DNA of 49,962 bases from Candidatus Aenigmatarchaeota archaeon (GTDB lineage Archaea > Aenigmatarchaeota > Aenigmatarchaeia > GW2011-AR5 > JACRMX01). A model generated the notes under the pieces. It was not told where the DNA came from. It was given only the letters and a program-made list of their open reading frames with translations, and did not search any database. The translations under genes were made by a program, and so were the position numbers. Below, piece after piece: positions 36,701 through 46,658 of this stretch. Each line of letters begins with the position of its first letter. Positions within the stretch are counted from its first letter, which is position 1. The stretch lies in NCBI GenBank assembly GCA_018304635.1, contig JAGVVW010000003.1:1-49962 (forward strand), read 5' to 3'.

Positions 36701-37645
36701 ATGTTTATGCACGTAGAAGATGTCCGCTGGAAGCCCGGCATAACTGTATCGTCATTAGTTGAATCCATGAAGCACTCAGGATTTCAGAGCATAGAGCTGG
36801 CACAGGCATCAAAAATTTTTTGTAAGATGAAACAATCTAATGCCAAAATATTTTTTACTTTTACATCGAACATGATTACCTCTGGCTTACGTGGATTTTT
36901 TGCCCAGCTCATTGAACTTGGCATAGCTGATGTTATAGTAACTACAGTTGGTGGGATTGAAGAGGATATAATGAAAGCTTCTGGTGAAAAGTTTTCCATA
37001 GGCAAATTTAATTCAGATGATGTGGAACTGAATGAGAAGGGTGTAAATCGTGTTGGAAATATTTTTATACCCAATGAAAGCTATGCAAAATTTGAGTCTT
37101 TGATGTCAGGAATGCTTGAGAAGATTTATGCAAAAAAATCCCGATGGTCTGTGAGCGAAATGCTGAAAGAATTCGGTTTGATGCTTAATGACAAAAATTC
37201 CATACTTTATCAGGCATCCAGAAAAGACGTGCCAATATTCTGCCCGGCAATAACAGACGGCGCATTTGGGTTTCACCTTTACATGTTTCAGCAGGATCAT
37301 CCGGATTTTATAGTGGATGTTGTAAAAGATTTTGAAAATATTCTGATGGTTACAAGCCCTGATGATATAAAAGGCATTATTGCACTCGGCGGTGGTGTAT
37401 CAAAACATCACGCGATCCTGTCATGCCTGCTAAATGATGGCCTGGATTATGCAGTTTATATGACAACATCCCATCAAACTTCCGGAAGCATGAGCGGTGC
37501 TACAACAAGTGAAGCAAAAAGCTGGGGAAAAATTAAAGATGATTCAGATGCTGTTACAGTTATCGGTGATGTTTCAATAACATTTCCTCTGGCAATGATG
37601 AATTCATTGGAAATTTTAAACAGAGAAGGCTTAATTAAAGTATAA
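36701..37645 (+). CDS. dys: deoxyhypusine synthase family protein
   Basis: FTSNMITSGLR, GGIEED, GGGVSKH, GSMSGA...EAKSWGK. Confidence 0.92.
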   Translation: MFMHVEDVRWKPGITVSSLVESMKHSGFQSIELAQASKIFCKMKQSNAKIFFTFTSNMITSGLRGFFAQLIELGIADVIVTTVGGIEEDIMKASGEKFSIGKFNSDDVELNEKGVNRVGNIFIPNESYAKFESLMSGMLEKIYAKKSRWSVSEMLKEFGLMLNDKNSILYQASRKDVPIFCPAITDGAFGFHLYMFQQDHPDFIVDVVKDFENILMVTSPDDIKGIIALGGGVSKHHAILSCLLNDGLDYAVYMTTSHQTSGSMSGATTSEAKSWGKIKDDSDAVTVIGDVSITFPLAMMNSLEILNREGLIKV

Positions 37646-37748
37646 TTGTAAGAACATAACTTATAGAAATAATTTTGGAAATTTCATTGCCTCCCTCTGA
37701 AAATGAGGTAATGAAATTTCTTCTAAATACAGAATCAGGTGACATATA

Positions 37749-38759
37749 ATGGCTCGTTTTGTTTTGGACACAGGAATTCTTCTGGACCAATATAAAATAA
37801 CCAAAGAGCTTGCTGATACAGTTTCATATAGCATGAAAACAAATCCAATCGCAGGGAAAATTCTTGAAGAAAAAACCAGTTCACTTTTCAGTGTCCATAC
37901 AATTTCTGAAATGAATTTAATCAAAAACAAGAAAAGAGTTGTTTTATTTGCACAGGGATGGGATCAAAAAACAGTTAAAAATATCCTGACAAGAAAGGTA
38001 AAAAAAATCGTTGTTGATAATGAGCGCGATCTTAATATGCTTCTTGAAAATCTTAATTCAGAAATAGATTTATATCTCAGAATGCGACTTAGAGAGAAAA
38101 CAGTACATACAGGAAAGCATTTTGTTTTCGGCATGTGCCCAGAACATATTAATAAACTGATTCCGCAACTGAAAAAAGACAAAAATATCAAAAACCTCGG
38201 CATTCATTTTCACAGAAAGACGCAGAACATAAGCGAATGGTCATTAAAAGATGATCTGAAAAATGCGTTGCTGCCCGAAACATTCAAATCAATAGATATG
38301 ATAAACATGGGCGGCGGATTGCCTGTAAAATACAAAAATTCAAACCCGAACATAAATGCAATAATGCCGGAAATCAGAAGCTTCAAAAAATGGCTGGACA
38401 GTAATAAGATAAAAATGGTAATTGAACCCGGCAGGTTTTTAGCTGCACCCTGCATAAAATTAGAAGCAAAAATAATCAACATTTATAATAATAACATTAT
38501 TTTAGACTGCTCTGTCTTCAACACAGCCATGGATACATTCATAGCGAATACACGATTGGAAATACAGGGTGAACTTGATTCAGGAACTGCTTATAGTGTC
38601 AAAGGCTGCACTCCGGATTCCATGGATATTTTTCGTTACAGAGTTTTTCTGGATAATCCAAAAATCGGCGATTCGATGGTTTTCCTGAATGCCGGAGCGT
38701 ATAATTTTCATTCAGATTTTTGCGGGCTGGAAAGAATTGAAACGATTGTTATATCTTAA
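37749..38759 (+). CDS. fold-type III PLP decarboxylase (ornithine/arginine/DAP family)
   Basis: SYSMKTN (PLP Lys), NMGGG, IEPGRF, G.TPDSMD, NAGAY. Confidence 0.85.
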   Translation: MARFVLDTGILLDQYKITKELADTVSYSMKTNPIAGKILEEKTSSLFSVHTISEMNLIKNKKRVVLFAQGWDQKTVKNILTRKVKKIVVDNERDLNMLLENLNSEIDLYLRMRLREKTVHTGKHFVFGMCPEHINKLIPQLKKDKNIKNLGIHFHRKTQNISEWSLKDDLKNALLPETFKSIDMINMGGGLPVKYKNSNPNINAIMPEIRSFKKWLDSNKIKMVIEPGRFLAAPCIKLEAKIINIYNNNIILDCSVFNTAMDTFIANTRLEIQGELDSGTAYSVKGCTPDSMDIFRYRVFLDNPKIGDSMVFLNAGAYNFHSDFCGLERIETIVIS

Positions 38760-38808
38760 CTTCCTTGTGGGATTTTGCGAGATTTGAGATTAAGACGGAA
38801 CCCCTGCT

Positions 38809-39102
38809 TTAGTAGTTAAATGGCCAGTCATCGGTTCTCACATGATTATGACCGAAATATACGTAAAGTGTTTGCTCAGGTTCAATGTATTCAGTATTCT
38901 TCACATGAATTCCATGATAGCCTTTAACCATATTTACCAAACCCCTCAATTCGTTTCCATTCGGATTTCGAGTTAATCCTATTCTCAATGTCCAGATATT
39001 GTCGTCGTATTCTTGGCCAGAAGGTCTGACTATCTCAGTGCAGCTCACGTATTGAATTTCCTCAATTCGGTTCTGAAGATCAGCCTGATCACATCTATCC
39101 AT
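38809..39102 (-). CDS. hypothetical protein
   Basis: 97-aa ORF, no recognisable motif. Confidence 0.55.
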   Translation of the reverse strand: MDRCDQADLQNRIEEIQYVSCTEIVRPSGQEYDDNIWTLRIGLTRNPNGNELRGLVNMVKGYHGIHVKNTEYIEPEQTLYVYFGHNHVRTDDWPFNY

Positions 39103-39179
39103 AATACCATTTTAAACCGGAAAAATATTTAAGGGAAAAAATATTACAACAATAAAAACTTTTCTATCCATTAATTATC

Positions 39180-40088
39180 ATGTCAAAAGTTGTTGTAACA
39201 GGTGGTGCAGGATTTATAGGCTCAAACCTGTGCGAAGCGCTTGTGCAGAAGGGTTATGATGTTGTAGCATATGATAATTTTTTTCTAGGAAAGCCTGAAA
39301 ACCTGAAAGGCATTAATGTAAAAACGATTCGGGGAGATATTTTAGAATTTGATAAATTAAATAAAGCCTGTAAAGGAGCTGTGTGCATATTCAATCAGGC
39401 AGCTGCTTCATCCTCACCCATGTTCATTCAGGATCTGAAGCATGCATATGCCATTAATATAGAAGGATTTATAAATGTTCTTGAAGCAGCCAGAAAAAAC
39501 AATAGCAGTGTTGTCTATGCATCCACATCATCAGTCTATGGAAACAAAAATGAATTGCTCAGAGAAGACATGAGAATAATACCACCTAATTTTTATGCAG
39601 CATCTAAGCTTGCTAATGAGCATCTTGCTATGTTGTTTGCCAGCCAGTACAGCATCAGAATAACTGGCTTGCGATACATGAGTGTTTATGGGCCGCATGA
39701 AAAAACAAAAGGAATTTATGCAAACCTCGTATCCCAGTTTTTATGGGATATGCAAAAAGACAAAGCACCTGTAATCTATGGCAATGGTAAACAGACAAGA
39801 GACTTTACTTATGTCAAGGACGTTGCAAAAGCAAACATACTTGCAATGGAATCAGGTATAAAATCAGATATTTTTAATGTAGGCACCGGCATATCTCACA
39901 GCCTCGTAGATCTGATAAGAATTTTAAATAAAATTTTGGGTAAAAACATCAAACCGCAATTTATTGAAATTCCTGTAAAGAATTATATCAGCGAACAAAA
40001 TGCTGATACAAGAAAAGCTGGCAAAATTTTGGGATTCAAAGCACAGTATTCACTGGAGCAAGGGATACGCGAAATTCTGACAACATAG
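39180..40088 (+). CDS. NAD-dependent nucleotide-sugar epimerase/dehydratase
   Basis: TGGAGFIGS, ASTSSVYG, YAASK, QTRDFTYV. Confidence 0.95.
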   Translation: MSKVVVTGGAGFIGSNLCEALVQKGYDVVAYDNFFLGKPENLKGINVKTIRGDILEFDKLNKACKGAVCIFNQAAASSSPMFIQDLKHAYAINIEGFINVLEAARKNNSSVVYASTSSVYGNKNELLREDMRIIPPNFYAASKLANEHLAMLFASQYSIRITGLRYMSVYGPHEKTKGIYANLVSQFLWDMQKDKAPVIYGNGKQTRDFTYVKDVAKANILAMESGIKSDIFNVGTGISHSLVDLIRILNKILGKNIKPQFIEIPVKNYISEQNADTRKAGKILGFKAQYSLEQGIREILTT

Positions 40089-40195
40089 AGATTATCATCT
40101 GAAAATTATAGCCAAAATTTACTGGAACAGAGCATGGAACAACGAGGGGGATAAAAATGGAGAAAGCTGGGATACAAGTCACACTGTATTTGATG

Positions 40196-40567
40196 TCAGT
40201 ATCTCTCCAGTTGTATCCTTGAAATTCCGAACTTGTCAAATTTTTTATCCGAGCTGATCATTTCATCACTACCACAGAATGCTGCATGAAAAGCATCAAA
40301 AACTGTCATACCTTCCTCTATATATTGGGCTGCGACAAATACTGTATTGGCATCCACGCCCTTAATTATAGTCATTTGAATCAGGTCTCTTGCCACACGA
40401 TTTATATCAAGATTGTACTCTTCTGATAGCATGAATAGTTCAATAGCTGTAGTTAAAGATGTCCATAAATTGTTCTGATATTTTTTTGCCAGCAGACTGG
40501 CATTAGGCTTAAGCCAATCCTTTTCTTTGAACAATGCCAGAAAAAAGTCAGTGTCAACATATGGCAT
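40196..40567 (-). CDS. vapC: PIN-domain VapC toxin
   Basis: YVDTDFFLA, IEL, FDAFHAA, ISSDKKFD. Confidence 0.9.
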   Translation of the reverse strand: MPYVDTDFFLALFKEKDWLKPNASLLAKKYQNNLWTSLTTAIELFMLSEEYNLDINRVARDLIQMTIIKGVDANTVFVAAQYIEEGMTVFDAFHAAFCGSDEMISSDKKFDKFGISRIQLERY

Positions 40568-40571
40568 TTAT

Positions 40572-40847
40572 TCACCTCTTTTTTGCGGCACGGTTAATTC
40601 GTGCTGCGTTTTCCGCAGCTTCTTTCATTGCTCTCCTCATTATAGCCTTTTTCATATCTCCTATAGTTATGTTTTTAGGCAAGGTTTTACCTAATTCATG
40701 AAAATCTTTTATAGGGTCATCAACCAAAGGTCTTAGGATAATTCTATCCGGCATGAAAATCCCTATAAATCGTGTCCCATATGTTTCCCTTACACTTTCA
40801 TTCAAATATAATCTTCCGTGTGTATCGCACTTCAATTCGGTTTTCAT
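40572..40847 (-). CDS. AbrB-family antitoxin
   Basis: DTHGRLYL...RETYG; directly upstream of the PIN gene. Confidence 0.85.
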   Translation of the reverse strand: MKTELKCDTHGRLYLNESVRETYGTRFIGIFMPDRIILRPLVDDPIKDFHELGKTLPKNITIGDMKKAIMRRAMKEAAENAARINRAAKKR

Positions 40848-40924
40848 GGTATCACCCTATGATATATATCAATGGTAAAATATTTAAAGTTATGGTAAAA
40901 ATAGTACAAATTTCCCGTAGTCTT

Positions 40925-41917
40925 CTAATTCCTAACTTCGTCACTCTTTTCCGAGATATCCATTGAAAATATGTTTTGATTTGTTTTAGCTATGTGCAAA
41001 AACATTAAAACACCAATTCCAGCACCATACCAGAATGATATTAACCGTGAAACCAAAACACCTGCTGCAGCTGCGATCGGATCTGCACCAAGCATTGTCA
41101 ATAGAACAATCATGACAGCTTCTGTGCTTCCTATGCCACCAGGCAGAGAGCTGGCAATGCCAATAAGTGCGGAAAATGCAATAATTCCGATAATAAGCAA
41201 TGGATTTATTGTTATGCCAACAGCAATCAGGCAAAGATACAATATAATTGAATCTAGCATCCATGCCACAGTTGTTATCATAAAACAAGTTAGAAAACTT
41301 TTTTTACTGACTCTGGCATCCCTATAAAAACTATCCACGAAATTTTTATCCAATTTCTTCATAATCGGGAATCTGGTAAGAAACCTGAAAATCCTTCTTC
41401 CGAAATGTTCATGAGTAACCATCAGAACCAAGGCAGTGATCCCGGCTATAAATACTCCGATTGAAAGCAATCCGATATAAATCATTTCGAATTTCATGCT
41501 TATAACTAAAATAAGTCCGGTAGCCATTATTACCAGCAAAACCAGATCAGCTATTCTTTCCCATATTATTGATGACAAGCCTTCAGAAACAGGTGTGCCA
41601 TTATGTGAACGCAGCAGCAGTGCTTTTATTGGTTCTCCTACTTTTCCGGGTGTGAAATTACTCAATGTCATTCCGAATATCTGAACTGGGAAAAGCTTTT
41701 TGAAGCTTATTTTTCTTTTCAATAGAACCTTCCATTTGTATGTCCTGATTATCATGTTAATATTTACCAGAATAAAAGCCATCAAAATGTATTCCAGAGA
41801 ACTTTTTGCCAGAATATCAGCAACTTTAGCAGGATTTGAGAACCATATGACAAAGCTGAGTATGACAAGACCTACAAGTATCATGCCTGCTTTTAACAAC
41901 AATGACCTGTTTTTCAT
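40925..41917 (-). CDS. lysylphosphatidylglycerol-synthase TM domain / flippase-like (UPF0104) protein
   Basis: multi-TM; TPGKVGE, WERIAD, LPGGIGSTE motifs. Confidence 0.88.
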   Translation of the reverse strand: MKNRSLLLKAGMILVGLVILSFVIWFSNPAKVADILAKSSLEYILMAFILVNINMIIRTYKWKVLLKRKISFKKLFPVQIFGMTLSNFTPGKVGEPIKALLLRSHNGTPVSEGLSSIIWERIADLVLLVIMATGLILVISMKFEMIYIGLLSIGVFIAGITALVLMVTHEHFGRRIFRFLTRFPIMKKLDKNFVDSFYRDARVSKKSFLTCFMITTVAWMLDSIILYLCLIAVGITINPLLIIGIIAFSALIGIASSLPGGIGSTEAVMIVLLTMLGADPIAAAAGVLVSRLISFWYGAGIGVLMFLHIAKTNQNIFSMDISEKSDEVRN

Positions 41918-41960
41918 GTATTAAGGTTCTATTTTTAAATTTTTAAGGATTCATTATCTC

Positions 41961-43025
41961 ATGTATGATACAATAATTATAGGCGCTGGCGTAGCTGGTA
42001 CATGCCTGGCAAGGCAGATTACAGATGAAATGGATGTACTAGTTCTGGAAAAAGATTCTCAGCCGGGCGTAAAAGACTCAGGCATTGTCTCCAACACATT
42101 TTTGGATTACTTTCCCAAACACCTGGTAAAAGATTCAATTAAGGAAATGAATCTTGTTTCACCATCTGGCAAAAGAATACGGATTTTCAGCAATGAGCCA
42201 TTTGCCCTGATTATCAAAAGAAAGGAATTTTCAACATACCTTAAAAAGGGGCTTAATGTAAGGTATCAGACAGTAACAGACATTACTTATGAAAATGATT
42301 ATGTAAGCGTGTCAACTGATTCTAACACATATACAGCAAAGATATTGGTTGGAGCAGATGGTGCTTCGTCTATTGTACGAAACAAAGCTGGATTGAAGCC
42401 TCCTTTGATTTATTTTGGCATGATGTCTCAAGCAGAATCCTGTAAGGGCATAATAGAGGTTTTTTTGAATAAATATTATTCTCCTGATTTTTTTGCCTGG
42501 AAGATTCCCCAAAATGGCGAGCACGGGCTTATAACTAGTGTGCGGCCAAAATCATACATGGAATATTTCGAGAAGAAGGAGGATCTTCAGAGAAATAAAT
42601 TTTATTCATATCCTATTGCATCAGGCATTCAACACATGGTGTCAGAACGAACAGTTTTAATAGGAGATGCAGCATCTCAAACAAAACCATTGACAGGTGG
42701 AGGGATAATCTTTTCAATGAAAGCCTCTGAAATTGCAGCAGAAGTTATAAATGACGCTATCAACCTGAGGCGATATAATGAAATGTTTCTGAAATCGTAT
42801 CAGGACCAGTGGCTTAGCCAGTGGGGAGCTGAAATTCGGCGCCAGCTATTCCTGAGAAAAGCGTATAGAAAAATGACTAATCATTATCTTGAACTTTTAT
42901 TTAAAGATTTTGGTCCGGAAATTGAAATACACGATTATGACAGATTGTCAAAGAATTTAAAGTCTGTTCCCAAATTAAAAGTTATTAAACATATGTTAAG
43001 AATGGCACTGGGTATGGTACAGTAA
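41961..43025 (+). CDS. geranylgeranyl reductase family FAD oxidoreductase
   Basis: IIGAGVAG, GADGASS, FAWKIP, IGDAASQTKPLTGGGI. Confidence 0.88.
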   Translation: MYDTIIIGAGVAGTCLARQITDEMDVLVLEKDSQPGVKDSGIVSNTFLDYFPKHLVKDSIKEMNLVSPSGKRIRIFSNEPFALIIKRKEFSTYLKKGLNVRYQTVTDITYENDYVSVSTDSNTYTAKILVGADGASSIVRNKAGLKPPLIYFGMMSQAESCKGIIEVFLNKYYSPDFFAWKIPQNGEHGLITSVRPKSYMEYFEKKEDLQRNKFYSYPIASGIQHMVSERTVLIGDAASQTKPLTGGGIIFSMKASEIAAEVINDAINLRRYNEMFLKSYQDQWLSQWGAEIRRQLFLRKAYRKMTNHYLELLFKDFGPEIEIHDYDRLSKNLKSVPKLKVIKHMLRMALGMVQ

Positions 43026-43337
43026 CAAATCACTCCTCTTTTTTTTGATTTCGGGAATAATCTGTTTAAGTTTTCCATCTACTGTATAAAGAGTGTATAA
43101 CAATGACTACGATAGATACTGAAGAATTTGTATTTTGAAATTCTTAATTTTGAAACTCAATTGGGGTTGATTAAAGTTCTCATATGATAAAATCCTTCGA
43201 ATTTAACAACATTGTTATTTAAGATTTTCTTCTATAATTTTCACATGGAGATGCAAACATCTGTAGTTGTTAAAGAATTTAAATGGTGCAATAGAAATAT
43301 TTGATGAAGCTACTAATATGCAATGAAATTGTAGAGG

Positions 43338-44585
43338 GTGGATAACTTGGTAAGAATCAGGAAAACTCATATAATATTCGCAATTCTTGTAATCATGTTT
43401 TTGTTTAGTATATACCTTCGCGTTTTTGGCTTCTTTACAAACAATTTTCAATATTTACGGAACATTGATTCATTCATGTTTTTAAGGAGAACAATAGATA
43501 TTGTTCAAACAGGTGGAACACCTTCGGTAGATTATTTAATGCTAGCTCCTGTTGGAAAAGCTGTTACATTCGGTCCTGTATTATACTCATACATTGCAGC
43601 TTATTCGTACATGTTCATTAATGTTGTAGCGCCCGTGCAGGTATGGCAGTGGCTTATATGGTTTCCGGTTATTTTAGCTTCTCTTGTTATATTCCCGATG
43701 TATTTTATTGGAAAAGCTCTTTATAGCAGAAAAGCTGGGTTGTTTGCAGGTTTTTTTGTAACGTTTTCAGCAGCCAATGTTGCCCGTTCATTGGGTGGTG
43801 ACCCTGACACTGATGCGATTGTTATTTTAATACCCATCATATGCATGGCATTTTTCTTTTTGTCTTACAAAGCACTAGAAAAGGGGTGTTTGTTTACTAA
43901 AAAATCCTTATTGTTTGCAGCACTCACAGGAATTTCCCTGGCAATATTTGCAAACATTTGGCCTGGCTACTGGTATGTTCTGTGGATAATTACTGGTTTT
44001 GTTATACTCTATCTGATATTAGATACGGGTTTGTCATATTTTCTGCATAAAGTACAGCCAAAAGAAATTGCAACAAAGCACAAGGCAATGCTGTTAAATT
44101 TAGCTATAATTATAATCTGCTTTGTGATACTGACAACAATAACAATGGGCTTTAATTATGCTGCATCTGCTGTAGCTGAGCCATTAAGCTTATCCGGTAT
44201 TTCACGCAGCGGTGATGCTGCACTGAAAAGTGAATCGGGTGAATTTCCAAATGTCTATGTCTCTGTACAGGAACTGATGGCAGGTGGTGAGTTAAAAGAT
44301 ATAATTACTAAAACCAGCAATATTGAATTGAGCGGCATTGCAATCTTAATATCTCCATTCATGCTTACAGTTTATGTGATTCTCTATACATTATACAGGT
44401 TCATCAGGCACAGAGACCATTTAGATACTTTTACACTTTTAGTAATATGGTTCGTTGGCGGGATTTTTGCGAGCATGGTTGCTGTAAGATTCACAATGTT
44501 TTTGGTTGGCGTTATCTCACTGGGTTCTGCAATATTCTTTGCAAGAATATGGGATTATGCATTTGAAAAAGCGAAGAGGAAATAA
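43338..44585 (+). CDS. aglB: oligosaccharyltransferase AglB/STT3, N-terminal membrane part
   Basis: RNIDSF, GDPDTDA (DxD), SVQEL (SVSE/TIxE-like), AVRF; about 12 TM. Confidence 0.85.
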   Translation: MDNLVRIRKTHIIFAILVIMFLFSIYLRVFGFFTNNFQYLRNIDSFMFLRRTIDIVQTGGTPSVDYLMLAPVGKAVTFGPVLYSYIAAYSYMFINVVAPVQVWQWLIWFPVILASLVIFPMYFIGKALYSRKAGLFAGFFVTFSAANVARSLGGDPDTDAIVILIPIICMAFFFLSYKALEKGCLFTKKSLLFAALTGISLAIFANIWPGYWYVLWIITGFVILYLILDTGLSYFLHKVQPKEIATKHKAMLLNLAIIIICFVILTTITMGFNYAASAVAEPLSLSGISRSGDAALKSESGEFPNVYVSVQELMAGGELKDIITKTSNIELSGIAILISPFMLTVYVILYTLYRFIRHRDHLDTFTLLVIWFVGGIFASMVAVRFTMFLVGVISLGSAIFFARIWDYAFEKAKRK

Positions 44586-44604
44586 AAGAAAAAGAAGGGG
44601 TGTA

Positions 44605-44683
44605 ATAAAGAAAAATAACAGCGATTAAAACCGCCAAATTGTTTTTCTTTCCGTACAGGCTTTCTTTTTTGAAAAAGAAAGGG
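44605..44683 (+). repeat. CTTTCCGTAC hairpin element, copy 3
   Basis: AAAGAAAAATAACAGCGA..GCCAAA..TTTTTCTTTCCGTACAGGCTTTCTTTTTTGAAAAAGAAAGGG. Confidence 0.78.
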
Positions 44684-44688
44684 TGTCT

Positions 44689-45639
44689 ATGAGGATAAAT
44701 AAGTATCATATTATGATGGCTATAGTAGTAGTATTTACAATTAGTTATGCATATTTTTTATATTATGACCCGAGCTGGCAGATTTCCCGTTATTCAGGAA
44801 CTGTACTGAGCAATAACTGGTACGAAGCACTGAACTGGATCAAAGACAATACACCAGAATGCACTGTAATTGCAACTTATTGGGATCCTGGACATTTTAT
44901 AACAGGCATTGCAGACAGGCCTGTTGTTTTTGACGGGGCCACTCAGAATTCAGAATTATATATTGATAAAGATGGCCATTATCTTCTTGATTATGATCCT
45001 GAAAAAGTAGTTGCCAAACGCTCCCGTATTCAGGATATAGGAACCACACTTTATACGGATAATGAAACAGAAGCAATGGATATTTTGCGTTATTATAAAT
45101 TTGAAAACTGCTCTGACCCGATGTATTACATTGCTTCAAACGACTTGATATTCAAAAGCCAGTGGTGGAGCTATTTCTCCACATGGAATACTATTGACAA
45201 AGGAAAGAAGTCAACATATGCTATAATAAATGCTGGCGGCCAGAAACCATTGCTCGCATACAATGTAATAGCAACTGAATTTTCTGTTGGAGATAATCAG
45301 GCATTTCTATTATACCAGAATCAGACAAGCGGAGAAAAGAAAATGCTTTTCCAGGCAGGCAACCAGTTTCTAAAAATCCACAGGTTTATATATATTGACA
45401 GTCAGGGATACATGAAAATGCAGACTGAAGATGATTTTCAGGTACCAGGCACTGCAATGATACTACCGGGCGACAGTCAGCTGATTTACATGCCACCTGA
45501 ACTTGAAAATTCAATGTTCACACGGATGTTCATTTTCCGCGGACAGGGGCTTGAAAATTTTGAATACGTCAAAAACTGGGGCGGAGAAGTTATTTTGTAC
45601 AGGGTTAATTTCCCGGAAATGAAGAAGAGGCAACTCTGA
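44689..45639 (+). CDS. aglB: oligosaccharyltransferase AglB/STT3, C-terminal domain with own TM anchor
   Basis: WYEALNWIK, TYWDPGH (WWDYG-like), DLIFKSQW (DK motif), NSMFTRM. Confidence 0.85.
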   Translation: MRINKYHIMMAIVVVFTISYAYFLYYDPSWQISRYSGTVLSNNWYEALNWIKDNTPECTVIATYWDPGHFITGIADRPVVFDGATQNSELYIDKDGHYLLDYDPEKVVAKRSRIQDIGTTLYTDNETEAMDILRYYKFENCSDPMYYIASNDLIFKSQWWSYFSTWNTIDKGKKSTYAIINAGGQKPLLAYNVIATEFSVGDNQAFLLYQNQTSGEKKMLFQAGNQFLKIHRFIYIDSQGYMKMQTEDDFQVPGTAMILPGDSQLIYMPPELENSMFTRMFIFRGQGLENFEYVKNWGGEVILYRVNFPEMKKRQL

Positions 45640-45668
45640 CATGGAAAGAATTTCGATAGAATTTAATA

Positions 45669-46394
45669 TTACCTGTAACGTAACTCTGTTTGTTGAAAAT
45701 TTGCTTTCTGGCGTCCATGTCCCCGACCCTTGTACCAGTCAAACATATCTCTGCGAAGTTTTGCCATTTCTTTTGTGTCCTGCCTGTAAAATACAATCCC
45801 TTCTGCTGCCAGGCCCTCAAAGCCGGTGCTCTCATTAACATCTCCTTTGAGTCCTGTTTTTCTTTTATACAAGCTCCACAAACCTTTGAATACATTGCTG
45901 ACTTTTTCATAGACTTGGCTATCATCAAGATCTTCCAGCTCTTTTACAAATTCATCCCAGAACTTAAACCTGCATCTTTCAACCAATATTGACAACGGAA
46001 TCCACAAATGCCTTTTCAGCTGATAGGGATTTGCATTAACCTGAGGCCCGATCAGCTCGCCAAAATACTGGCCATCTTTCATCTTTGCCAAATTTATATA
46101 TTCAGTATCTATTGCCTCCAGTACACCTTCAGTAAATCTTTTGTTTCCTTTTTTCCAGATATCAATTCTGTTTTTCCTGTTATAAATCGCAGTTACTTGA
46201 TTATTTTCCACAATTATTGAAATATTTGAACCGTCCAATTTTTCAATTGCGATACTCTGCCCTGAAAATACCCATTCATACCCTTTTTCAATTTTCGGTA
46301 TGCAAATATATTCCCCATTAATTTCCTGCCGCTCAAACGGGCTTTGGAGCTTTGGCATGTCTGTTGGATTTTTAGTATCCTGATTAAGTTTCAT
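45669..46394 (-). CDS. ATP-dependent RNA ligase family protein (nucleotidyltransferase domain only)
   Basis: EKLDGSN (motif I), FGELIG (III), EGIVF (IV), AKLRR (V). Confidence 0.8.
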   Translation of the reverse strand: MKLNQDTKNPTDMPKLQSPFERQEINGEYICIPKIEKGYEWVFSGQSIAIEKLDGSNISIIVENNQVTAIYNRKNRIDIWKKGNKRFTEGVLEAIDTEYINLAKMKDGQYFGELIGPQVNANPYQLKRHLWIPLSILVERCRFKFWDEFVKELEDLDDSQVYEKVSNVFKGLWSLYKRKTGLKGDVNESTGFEGLAAEGIVFYRQDTKEMAKLRRDMFDWYKGRGHGRQKANFQQTELRYR

Positions 46395-46437
46395 AATGAT
46401 TATATTAATTTAATTACTTTTATAAGTTATTATAATT

Positions 46438-46608
46438 TCATCTTTTTCCATGAACAACCCAGTTTTCGTCAAAGCTTTCTCTGATTTTATTAATCTGTAT
46501 CATCGTTGCTTTATTTGGCGTTGCTCCTAATTCAGGCAGCCATAACACGGGTCCGAATTTATCATTCAAGTATTTGACAACACCGAGGCACTGTTCCCTG
46601 TAATTCAT
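46438..46608 (-). CDS. possible 56-aa protein upstream of the ligase
   Basis: MNYREQCLGVVKYLNDKFGPVLWLPELGATPNKATMIQINKIRESFDENWVVHGKR. Confidence 0.4.
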   Translation of the reverse strand: MNYREQCLGVVKYLNDKFGPVLWLPELGATPNKATMIQINKIRESFDENWVVHGKR

Positions 46609-46658
46609 GCATCATAGAATCATATAAGATTTAAAAATCTTTTTGCTGACATTATATC

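Noticed and set aside
44583-44688. bulge-helix-bulge intron restoring full-length aglB
   Set aside because: No convincing BHB motif found by eye; retained only as a test in the split-AglB finding.
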